Source: Candidatus Latescibacterota bacterium (GTDB lineage Bacteria; Latescibacterota; UBA2968; UBA8231). Taken from it: a stretch of 64,000 bases of DNA. The notes beneath the pieces are model-generated. The model was given only the letters and a program-made list of their open reading frames with translations, did not search any database and had not been told where the DNA came from. Shown here one piece after another: positions 47,984 to 59,100 of the stretch. Within the stretch, counting starts at the first letter, position 1, and the number at the start of each line of letters is the position of its first letter. The translations under genes and the position numbers were made by a program. Where the stretch lies: contig CBDAOB010000003.1 in the NCBI GenBank assembly GCA_965197905.1, forward strand, positions 640,001 to 704,000. The letters are read 5' to 3'.

Positions 47984-49348
47984 ATGAAGAAATCGCCGGA
48001 TAAGATTCGTCTACACTTGCAGGGGCGCGCGTGGTGGCCAGTACTGTTAATACTTATCGGCACGGCTCAAGCGCACACCTGGCTTCAGATCGAGGCCACT
48101 GGCTCCGAGACGCCCCCGCCGCGAACCTTCGCCGCCGCCATCCACGATCCGCGCGGCGAGCGTATGATCCTTTTCGCGGGACGGGGCCCGGATGGAGACT
48201 TGAACGACCTGTGGTCCCTGAATCTGCAACAGCTAGAAAGCGGCGCTCGTTGGACGCGCCTCGAGACCACTGACGATGCCGTGCCGGCGGCTCGATTCAC
48301 CCACAATGCCGTCTACGATCCGGAAGCCCATCGGATGCTGGTATGGTCGGGTCGCAAGGTGGATTCCGCCGGATCCGCCTTCTTTAACGATGTCTGGGCC
48401 TACGATATCGAGTCGAGCACCTGGACCGAGCTGGAAGCGGAAGAGCCCCAGCCCAATACCCGCTACGGAACCGCCGCGGTCTTCGATCCAGTGGCCGGCA
48501 CCCTGGTCACCTTTGCCGGTTTCACTGCTGCCGGCCGTTTCGAGGATACCTGGCGCTTCGATCCCAGATCGGCCGCCTGGACCGAAATCTCACCTGAAGA
48601 AGGGAATCCGGGGCGCCGTTGTCTGCACTCGGCCTCCTACGACGCAACGCGACACCGCATGCTTATCTACGGGGGTCAGCCCGGTCCCCTGGATGATCTC
48701 TGGGCTCTGGATCTTGCCACTCAGCAATGGTCCGAGTTCACGCCCCCGGAGCGACCGGACGGCCGGTTCTATGCCTCCAACCTCTACGATGCCGGCAACG
48801 ACCGGGTGCTAATCTTCGGCGGCAACCTGGGATCCCCCGGGTTGACCAACGAGGTTTGGAGCTTCGACCTGAAGCTGGAGACATGGGCGCTACTGGAGCC
48901 GATGGGAGATCTGCCCGCGCCGCGGGAGGGTGCGACTGCAATTTTTCTGGAAGAACAGGGCAAGATGGTTGTCTTTGGAGGCACGACCGATACCCATACC
49001 AACGAGCTCTGGGTCCTCGACGGGCTGTCCGCGACAACCGCCGTTGCCGAGTCCGGCGAGGCGGGCCAACCGCAACAATCTGTATTGCACCAGAACTACC
49101 CCAATCCGTTCAACGCCAGCACCGCCATCGCCTTCGATCTGTCGGAGCAAGCGAAGGTCAGCCTGACCGTGTACGACCTGTTGGGCCGTAAGGTTCGCAA
49201 CCTGGTAACCGGGATCAGAAACCCGGGACGGCAAGAGATCCTGTGGGACGGCACTGACGATACCGGGCAACCGATGAGCTCAGGCACCTACATATACGAG
49301 CTGAAGACGACCCAATCTAGCTACCGCAAGCTTCTCATTCTCCGGTAG
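47984..49348 (+). CDS. Secreted Kelch-repeat protein with C-terminal FlgD/T9SS-type-A-like sorting domain
   Basis: Signal peptide ending AQA. Six R...YD...(F/Y)GG...DLW repeats. LHQNYPNPFN...VYDLLGRKV...WDG...SGTY. Confidence 0.88.
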   Translation: MKKSPDKIRLHLQGRAWWPVLLILIGTAQAHTWLQIEATGSETPPPRTFAAAIHDPRGERMILFAGRGPDGDLNDLWSLNLQQLESGARWTRLETTDDAVPAARFTHNAVYDPEAHRMLVWSGRKVDSAGSAFFNDVWAYDIESSTWTELEAEEPQPNTRYGTAAVFDPVAGTLVTFAGFTAAGRFEDTWRFDPRSAAWTEISPEEGNPGRRCLHSASYDATRHRMLIYGGQPGPLDDLWALDLATQQWSEFTPPERPDGRFYASNLYDAGNDRVLIFGGNLGSPGLTNEVWSFDLKLETWALLEPMGDLPAPREGATAIFLEEQGKMVVFGGTTDTHTNELWVLDGLSATTAVAESGEAGQPQQSVLHQNYPNPFNASTAIAFDLSEQAKVSLTVYDLLGRKVRNLVTGIRNPGRQEILWDGTDDTGQPMSSGTYIYELKTTQSSYRKLLILR

Positions 49349-49392
49349 CCTCCTGAGATTATCCGCTGGAGTTACACAACGGGAGTACACAA

Positions 49393-50115
49393 ATGTTTGG
49401 CGAGATTCGCAACGACCAGGGTAAACGCCTGGACTATGCCTACCATGAGGGCGCCGAAGGAAAGCTGGTCTTGATAGGTCACGGCGTCACTGGCAACAAG
49501 GACCGGCCCTTTGTCGTCGCTCTGGCGGAGGGGTTGAGCGCCGCCGGCATAGCCGTGCTTCGGTTCTCCTTTTCCGGAAACGGCGAGTCAGAAGGTCGCT
49601 TCGTCGATTCCACCATTACCAAAGAGGTGACCGATCTCAGGGCGGTGATCGACGCCGTCGGCGATCGGCGACTCTGTTATGTGGGGCACAGCATGGGCGG
49701 CGCGGTGGGTGTAATCGCAGCCAGTCAGGAACACCAGATCCGCTTTCTGGTCTCGCTGGCGGGCATGGTGCACACTCGCGCATTCGCCGCCCGCGAGTTC
49801 GGCGACGTCACGCCGGACGACGGCTGTATGTGGGACGAGCCGGACTGTCCCCTGTCCAGCACCTACATGAACGACATGAACCAGCTCGACAGCGTTGTAG
49901 AGCTGGGCGCGAAGATGATGGTACCCTGGCTGTTGGTGCACGGCACCGACGACGACGTCGTACCGATCCAGGATTCACGAGACATCATCGGCCGAACCAG
50001 CGCACCCACCGAGCTCTTCGAAATCCCCAACGGGGATCACGTCTTCAACGACGACGCCATGCCGCCTATGGTGAACAAGGTGGTGGAGTGGACCAAAACT
50101 CAGTTTCAGGTGTGA
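49393..50115 (+). CDS. Alpha/beta hydrolase
   Basis: Motifs HGVTGNK, GNGESEG, GHSMGG, HGTDDDVV and DH. Confidence 0.92.
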   Translation: MFGEIRNDQGKRLDYAYHEGAEGKLVLIGHGVTGNKDRPFVVALAEGLSAAGIAVLRFSFSGNGESEGRFVDSTITKEVTDLRAVIDAVGDRRLCYVGHSMGGAVGVIAASQEHQIRFLVSLAGMVHTRAFAAREFGDVTPDDGCMWDEPDCPLSSTYMNDMNQLDSVVELGAKMMVPWLLVHGTDDDVVPIQDSRDIIGRTSAPTELFEIPNGDHVFNDDAMPPMVNKVVEWTKTQFQV

Positions 50116-50134
50116 GTAGCGCTCGGGCCGGCCG

Positions 50135-53100
50135 TTACCTCAGCAGCAGCAGCTTGCGTGTCTGCACGAAGCTCGTCGTGTTGAGCCTGACCAGGTATAC
50201 ACCGCTGGCCACCCATTCACCGGCGTCATCCGCTCCGTCCCACGCAATCTGTTGGAAACCGGGCTGCCAGTCCCGCAGGTTCCATTGGCGCACGATCTGA
50301 CCCAGCACGTTGTAGAGTGTCAGACGAGCCTGCTCACCATGTCTGCCTTCAGGAATGCCGACCGGGATCAGCGTTGAAGGGTTGAACGGGTTGGGATAGT
50401 TCGGATACAGCGCGAACGATCGGGGCAACACCTTCGCGCGGCCCACCGTTTCCACCTTCCAGGCGCGGCCGGCGCCGCGGCCGAGGTATCCTTCCTGAAC
50501 CTGGAGCTCCACATTCCGCGGCGGGCCTTCGAGGGCAAAGAGCAGCTCGATCTCCACACTCTCGCTCAGTTCCACCGCGGATACCCGACCTTGCAAGTGA
50601 TCCGCGACATGTAAGAGATCATCGGTTTCGAGCACTAGTGGCAACCGACGATCCGGCCTGCCGAGCACCGCGGCGGAATCGACGCGGCCGACGTAGCGCA
50701 GGATGGGTGGATCGGCGAATATGGACAGACCGTAACCACTCAACCGCGGTACCCCGGAAATGCGCATTGTGACTCTCACCTGACCACCCGTGGCCTCTGC
50801 CAGCAGGTCGATGTTCGACCCTTCTGCCACCTCCGCACCCTGTGAGAAGAGCAGCTTACTCGCCACCTGGGTACCGAACTTCTGCTTGAGTTGGTAGAGA
50901 TCGCCGCTGCCAACATTGCCGTCACGATCGAGGTCGAGAACCGGATCGCCGCTGCCGAACCCGTTGGCCAGAATGAAAAAGTCGGAGAAGGAGACGGTCC
51001 CATCGCCGTCGAAGTCCTCCGAGGTCAGAGGCACAACGGCCTGGTTCGGCCGCAGCCGCACAGGGCGACTCCACGGCCCATCAAAGGGACCGTAGGAGGC
51101 CCGCGCCCGCCACCAATAGCGTTCCGTGGGTATGAGCCGTTTGGCAACACGCCAGCGAGTCGAACCGCCGAAACCCTCGGCGATGTTACCCCCGCACGTG
51201 ACGATATCGCGAAACGAGCTGTTGGTGGAGACCTGCACGGTGTAGGTCAGGACATCCTCGGCCTTCACCGGCACCGCATTCTCGATCACCAGGATCGGGC
51301 GACCGGCCGTAGCCCCTTGTTCCAGCCCGAGGATCGCCGGAGCGCCTGGCACATTCGCCTCTTTCGGCGAGCCTTCGGCGATCTCGCTAAGCGCACTCTC
51401 ATTGGGCGGGTTCTCATGATCCTGAGCGGTGACCCGATACCGATAGAGTACTCCTTCTTCCAGATTCTCATCGAGAAAACGCGGTTCCTCCAGCTGTGTC
51501 GCCACCGGTTCGAAGCTTCCTGACTCGTTCTCCCGGTAGACTGAGTAGGCGCCCAGATCTTCTTCTGCGCTCGCCGTCCACTCCAGAAGGATTGAGCTGA
51601 AGCCGGCCATGAGCTGCAGACCGGAAGGGGCCGCCGGCGGTTCGAGATCCGGCTCCTCAAGGGTCGTGAATTCGGTTACCGCGGTAACGGTGGGACCGTT
51701 GTCGGCACGATCGGCAGAGCCGACGCGGAAGAAATACGTTCTATCCGGCTCCAGGTTGGTCAGCATCACCTTGTGCTCGAAACCGTACTGGGGTGAGCCA
51801 ACCACCAGTCCCAGGTACGGCGTGACATGGTAGTCGACGTAGGAATCCGCCAGCTCGTCGGTGGTCCAGACGATGGAAGCAGTGCGATCGGTAATCGCTT
51901 CGACCTCCGGGCCGTCGACGATGCGCGGCGGCTCGAGGTCGGGCTCGGCATCGGTCGCGACCCGGAGCAGAAACGGCTCGGGGGTTTCGTTCTGACTGGC
52001 GTCGTTGACGAAGATCGAAAGATCGTACTCGGTGTCGACCTCCAGGTTGGCGACCGTGATCAGCTGCGTCGTTTGGCGTCGCTCCACCTGGCGGGTGAAC
52101 ATCTCGCCGTTGGGGGCTTCGAACTCGATCCGCGCCGCGGCCGCTTCGTCGGTACGCCAGGATAGCGCGATCTCGTCGTCGGTGCTGGCAGCCACTGACG
52201 GATCCTCGACGAAACGGGGCGGCACCAGGTCGACCTCGGCGGCGGTGGAAGCCACCGCGACAGTACTCTCCGTGGCACCATTCCCTGAAGGATCGGTAGA
52301 CTGGATCTTATAATGGTACCGGCTACCCGGTTCCAGGTTGGTGAGTGTGACGGCATGTTGCGTGACATCCTGGGCCAATCCCACAACCTCACCCAGCTGA
52401 TCGGTGGAACCGTAGAGCACGAAGCTGTCGGAAAGCTCATCGGTGTCCCAGGAAATGGTGAGGCTGTTTGCCGTCTTTTCCCGCACCCGAGGTCCGTCGA
52501 CGATCAACGGCAATTGACTGTCCGCAACGTTCTCGGTTACGAAGAAGCCGGCTCCTCCCGGCGGCTGTAGAATCTTCGCAGATCCCTCCACCGGTTTCAT
52601 CGGTCCGTCCAGGGAGCCCCAGGTCAGCTTATTTCCTGCCTGGTCCTGGGCGGTGATCAAAAAGCGATACGCGGTGCGCGGCGTGAGGCCGGTGGCGGTC
52701 AGACTGTGGTCCCGTACCAGCTCGTTGTCCTCGACAAAATTGCGCTCGCCGCCGCCGCGCCAGTCGATCCTGGAAGCAGCGCGTTCGTTGGTCCCCCACG
52801 CCACCACGGCGGTGCTGTTGGTCCAGGTGACGGTGGGATTGATCGAGAAGGTTGGGGGATCGACGTCGCGGCTGCCACGGGTAGTAAACTGATGATCGCG
52901 ACTGAACAGCTCAGTACCATTGGGATCGGTGGTGACGCTGTTCGACGACAGATCCTTGCTGGTGACGATGATGTGGTAGCTGGTGCCCGGCAGCAGATCC
53001 GCCAGGGTCAACCGGTGTTGCTGCACCAGATCGCCGCGTTCGACCCTTCCGAGAGTTTCGACGGTTTGAGTGGTCGCGGTGACCTTCGCAGCGGCCACCT

Positions 53101-56100
53101 TCGCCGCGGCTGGATCGATACTCCAGTCGACCAGGGACGACGCGGGCTCGTCGGTGGTCCAGACGATGGTAGCGGCGGTCTCGGTGATCCCCTGGAAGCT
53201 GGGGCCTGCAGTGATGGCCGGCGGCGTGCGATCGCTTTCCGCTGCGGTGGTGAATTCCGCCGATGCGCTGACGCTTTCGTTGCCAGCCACGTCCGTCACC
53301 GTCGCCGCGTATCTGTAGGCAGTCCCCGGTTGGAGGCCCGAAAGCACGACGCGGTGGAAGGTGAGAAACTCCGGATCTTCAGTGGTCCGGAGATCACCCG
53401 CACCGACTGCGACATCGCCACCGGAATCAGCAACAGGCTGATAACTAACGGCTACCGCCGTTGGCTCGTCGGTGGTCAGCTCCACCACCGTCTCCTCGGC
53501 ACCTGCCGAGATGACGATGGGTCCGGTGTTGATGCGGGGCGGACGACGATCGCCGGCAGCCCGCGTCGTCACTGAAAGCTGCTCACAGGTAGGTCCGTTG
53601 CCGCCGGCGTCGGTGGCGCAGACGGTCAGCTCGTAGGTCGTCGCCGGCTCCAACCCGACAACCCGGAGCTCGTGATTCGTCTCCTGGTTGCCCGAAGCCA
53701 GGTGAATCGCGCCGTCGGCGGAGAGCAAGGTAGCCGCAGTTGGTTCGTTGGTGGTGAAGGCCACCAGGAAACTGTTTTCACTCAGGCCCCGTACGATGGG
53801 CCGGCCGATCATCACCGGCGGCGCGATGTCCGGACCCGCCGGGGTAAGGAAATCGAGCGTCGACCACTGTACCCGGTTGCCGGCAGGATCGGTGCAAAAC
53901 GACTGGAAAAGAAACCGCGTACCCGGGGTCAGGTTAGTCAAGGTTACCACGTGGTTTTTCACGTCGGCAGGCACGATCACCCGCTCACCCCCGCTGTCGG
54001 CCAGGATCTTTGCCGCCACTGCCGGATTGAAGCCATTTGCCAACATCTTGGCGTTCGCTCCACCCATCGGACTGAAGAGGATCTCGCTGTCCGCCACCTC
54101 GTCCGTATCCCATTCGACGCGCACCCTATCGTGTTTGCGATCCACCACCACCGGCGGACCAAAGAACTTGGGCGGTTTGATATCGGCGGTCGTCTCGGTG
54201 CGGAAGCTTCCGGGCGCTTCCCCATCAGTGCCGAACGTCACGGTGTAGGCGTACTCGGTTCCGGGTACGAGGTTGAAAAGCACCACATCGTGCTCGGTAG
54301 CCAATCCGCGACTCTCAGCGACCTCATCAGCTGGTTGGTCCACAGGGTAGTAGGTCACCACTGCTTCTGCTGCTCGATCCAGGCGCAGGAAAACGGTAGC
54401 GCTGCGGTCTCCAATCCGCTGCACGACTGGACCCGCCGTCAGCTGCACCGGCTGCAACCTGCGACTCAAGCTTTCGAAACGGGTGATTGATGAAATCGTC
54501 TGGTTGCCACCTGCATCTTCAGCGATCACTTGAAACGAGTAAGGCGTGCCTTGTTGCAGGTTGGTGAGTTCGATGGCGTGCTGCTGCCGGCGCTCCAAAC
54601 CGCGTACCGAGTGAGTGGGTGCCGAAAGGTCTTCCGTCGTGCTTGCTGTAAGCTCCACCGAGGCGGGTTCGTCCAGCTCCAATCTCACCCGGGCAAAAGT
54701 GGCGGTGAGGTCGGTGGCGAACGGCGCGGTCACAAAAGCGGGCGGGGTCTGATCCGCCTCGGTATCGGTTGTGAATGACAGCGATGGCCCGCTGGTGCTG
54801 TTGTCGGTCTGATCCCGCGCTTCCAGGCCCACCCAGTAGGTGGTGCCCGGTTCCAGACCGGCCAGCTCGACCCGATGTGGTCGCTTGCGCTGAATGCTGG
54901 GAATCGTCTCGGCATCGTTCAAATCAGGATTGGTGGCGTAACTCAGCTCGAGCTCGACCGGCTCGTTGTAGGTTACTTCGACCACGGCGGAAACGGAGGA
55001 GATTCCCAGCACGTTGGGCCCCGTTTCGGTCAGCGGAGGTCGATCGTCCGCGGTACCCAGGGTTCGCAGGGCGAAGGAACGCTCCACCCCGTTGCCCTGG
55101 GCATCCAGCGCAAAAACGGTGACGCTGTATTTGGTATCCGGTTGCAGCTGCGTCAACTGCACCCGATGCCGCCGCGCGGGCTCGGCGATCGTGATAAGTC
55201 CACCATCGGCAGCGGCAACCTTGGCAGCTACTTCGACCTGAAAACGGAGGGACGCCGTCGTCGGCTCGCTGGTGCGCCAGATCACCGTGGCACGCTCGAA
55301 GCCAACCCCTTCGGCAAAGAGCTCGACGATCTCGGGAGGCAGAGTCGACCCCTGTGACGGGGTGTGAAAGGAACCCGTCCGCGCCCTCGATTCGTTGTTG
55401 GCCCCGTCCCGCATCAAAACCTCAAAGAAATAGTCGGTATCCGCTTCCAGGTTGGTGAGCTGGAGGGTGTGACTCATTTGCAGCTCGGCGCTCTCCTCGA
55501 AGACTGCTCCGTCCAGATTCGGATCCGTGCTTACGAGCAGCTGCACCCGCACAGGCTCGTCAGCGAAAAGCACCAGTACCGCGCTCTGATCCGTCAACCC
55601 TTCGATCGCGGGGCCTGCCAGGATTCCGGCCGACACCACATCGGGAGCCGACCGGGTTTCGAAGTCGCGCAGAGCGGAGCGGGTCTCGTTGCCGCTGGCG
55701 TCGCGCATGATCACCTGGAAGAAATGACGGGTCGATGGCTCAAGCTCCAGCAGCTGGATCTTGTGTTCGGACGCGAACTCGGTCCCCCCCACCAGCCGGC
55801 CATCGCTGATCTCCGCGTCGGTATCGAAGCGGATCTGAAGTGTGACCAGCTCGTCCGCCTCCAATGCGATCAGCGCCGAGGCGTCGGTGATCGCCGTTGC
55901 GGCGGGTCCGGCGGTAAATTCGGGCGGGGTCTCATCTGCTTCGATGCCGGTCGCAAAACTGCCGCTGCGCACCACGGATAGATTGCCGGTGACGTCCACC
56001 GACTGCGCTTCGAAGCTGTACCCCGTTCCGGCTTCGAGCCCTCCAAGCTGCACGAGGTGGTCCTCGGTTAGGTCGGCGACGACCACCTCGGTGCCACTCT

Positions 56101-59100
56101 CCTGGGTGGCGGCGGTCGCTTTCGATGCCGCCAGCCGAACGAAGCGAACCCTGCTGTCGGCCGGTTCGTCGGTGCGCCAGCGAACCACAGCGCTCTCTGT
56201 CGTCGTTCCTTCTACATAGGGATCGACGAGGAAGAGAGGCGCCGTGTCGTCCGGGGCCGATAGTGTCAACATCCGGCCGGCGTAAGCGTCAGATTCGTTG
56301 CCCAGGGCGTCGGTGGAGCGAATCTCGTAGCCAAACCAGATGCCCGGCCGCAGATCTTCGGCCGTCAGCCGGTGCTCTCGCGCGAGATCAGCACCGGCAA
56401 GCACGATCGTGCTCGGATCCAGCTGGTCCGGGTCCGGGTTGACCGTCGCCGCCCCCCCGTCTTCAGCCGTCAATTGCAGCGCGCTCGTCGCCGGCTCATC
56501 CGTGGACCAGTTGAAGGTGACCGACCGCTCCGTCGGAGCAGCGCCTACGTTGGAGATCAGCGGCGCGCGGAGATCAGCTTCGGTGGTGAAAGCGAAGCTG
56601 GCTTCCGAGGTGGCCCCCGACGGGTCTTGGACGACCACCTTCCAGGTGTAGGAAGTACCCGGGCCCAACTCGGAGGAGCTGTAGGACGCGGCATCTTGAC
56701 GGCTGGCCACCTGCTCCAGGGTGGATCCCGTCGGTCCCAGGAACAGATCGAAAACCAGCGGATCGAAGTCGACGTCACGGGCAGACCACGAAAACAGCGG
56801 GGCCAGTGGCGTATCCGCCATGCCGTCCGCCGGAAAACCAACGACGGGCGTCTACGGCGCATCGTTCACCCGCGTCCATATCAACGTAACCTCCTGGGTT
56901 GCCGTAGCACCCGTCGCCGGATCGGTCACGACAATGGTGGCCTCGGTTTCACCGAACGCGTTGACTACCGGCGCCAGATCGACGCCGTTATTGCTTGGGG
57001 TCGCCGTTGCGACCAGCACGCCATCGAATCCGAAGCCCGACCACAACAAGGTCGCGACGTCGGAATCGAGATCAGTGACGTTGGCGATCCCACCTACGTG
57101 AATCGGGTTGTCTTCCGCCGCGGAATATCTGAATCCCAGTTCCACGATGGTGGGTGCATCATCTACCGGCACCCAGGTCAGGGTCACGTCTTGAGAGGTG
57201 GTCAATTCGTATATATTGGTGCGAGTGATCCTCACGACGTCACTACCGTTGGCGTGCGGTACTGGAGTGAACGTGATCTTATCCCCTTCGATCGAGGAGG
57301 CGGCAATGAGCGTCTGATCCGTGCCTGACAGGGTCCAGGTACCGCTGTCCGCATCGATGCCGCTCAGATCGAGCACCAACGCGTGATCCTCGTCGGCGGT
57401 AGCATCAGCTATCTTGGCGAGGTCAGGTGGACCGTTGACGATGATGTCCAACGATGTCTGCGATTGCGCGCCACCCCCTCTCACCGTCAGGAATACGGTA
57501 TACGTGCCGGGTTTCGAGTAGGTCACAGTCACGGGTTGGGAGCGGTCTTCGTAGGATCGATTGTCATCCGCCCGCGGCTCCAGGAACCAAGTTAGGACGA
57601 TGCCCGAGGATTCGTCCGTGAACGTCACGCTCAACGGCGGGTTCCCTTGCGTCGGCGCGGCAGAGAAACCTGCGGTGACCGGAGGAGGTGCGATGTTGAG
57701 GCCGCCGCTCACACTGCCCTGGTAGTTGTCATCGCTCACGGTAACCGTAATCCCGAAAGAGCCGGGTCCTGCCGGCGGCCCCGGCAACGGCATGCCGAAT
57801 TCGTTGTAGGTGAAAATCACCTCCAACCCCGGCGGATCGGTGTTGGCACCGCCCGCTTTGGGATTGCCGTCGAACACCGCTTCCTGATTGTTGAGAGTGA
57901 TGGTCGCAGTTGCCTTCTCTACGTCGAAACTGCTGCTGGTTCCGGTCAGCCCCGACCCACTCGCGGTGAGCGTGCGACCGGTGCCGGCGCCGGATATGGT
58001 GACGTTTCCGGTAGCGGCCCCGCCTGCAGCCACGGTAAAGTTGACCTGAGACAGAGTTCCGGAGGGGCTGACGGACAAACTGACAGTTCCGCTGACGTCA
58101 AAATCGCGGTTGCCGAGGGCATCTTGTGCCACTACGCCCGGCTGTGGGGAAAGCTCCTGTAGATGTGTGGCTGTCGTCGGTTCGGAGGTGAACACCCACT
58201 GGGTGGCCACCACATCGATAGTCACCTTGTTGGCATCGCTGGCAGCAATCCCTGTCCCCAGTCCTCCCTGGGTGTAGGAGACGCCCAGCGGTGCGAAGTC
58301 GACTTTGAACGCATGACCATCGGTGACCGTCGCGGCAATCAGAGCGGTCACGATGTAGAAGGTCTCCGTGCCGGACGCGGGAGTCTCGGTAACGGTGGGG
58401 TTAACCGTCGTGACGCTGCCCAGGTTGACGGCGGCTTGCGTGCCGATCTTCGTATCTCCCGCGTCGAACACCGCGTTGGTGCTGCGGTAGAGCCGCAGTT
58501 CCGCGATCTCGCCGGCGGTCAATCCGGTTGCCGTAGACAGGTCCGCAAGCGTCAGGGCGATCCCCGTCAGGCTGGAAGGGGATCCGCCGTTGATGCCGAT
58601 GCTGAACAGCTGTACTCCCCCACCCGAACCCACCTTCGTCTCGCCGGCAAGCCCCGCCGCCGGAGTGCTCGCGTAAAACTCGGTCATGGTCAGGGACTGG
58701 TTCGTCGCCACACCGGTGAGAATCTGGATACCGCCGGAGAGCCAGGTGACGATGAGCGAGTCGATGGTAGCGACAAGGCCGGTCCCGAACTCGACGGGCA
58801 GCGACGGTTGCGAATAGTAGCCGGAGCCGCCGTCCACGTCTCGCCGCTGTTTGTTGGAGCCGGTGACGACTTCCACCTTGGCGCCGACTCCTTTCGAGGT
58901 GCTCTTGGTTCCCTTGAGGTCCACCCTCAGCCACTTGTTCGAATTGCCGTTGTTGCGGTAGAGCCGGTTGGGGGTACCGGTGCCGTTGACTACATAGAGG
59001 TCCATGTCGCCGTCGCCATCGTAATCGGCGAATGCAGTGCCGCGGCTGTTACCGCCATCTGGAAGCCCAGCACCAACTTCCACGGGTTTGAACTTGCCGG

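Noticed and set aside
56852..56854. Genome-wide TAG reassignment
   Set aside because: TAG ends many clear genes here (e.g. 3343, 4783, 16584, 24020, 40953, 49348). No pyl genes or tRNA are in the window.
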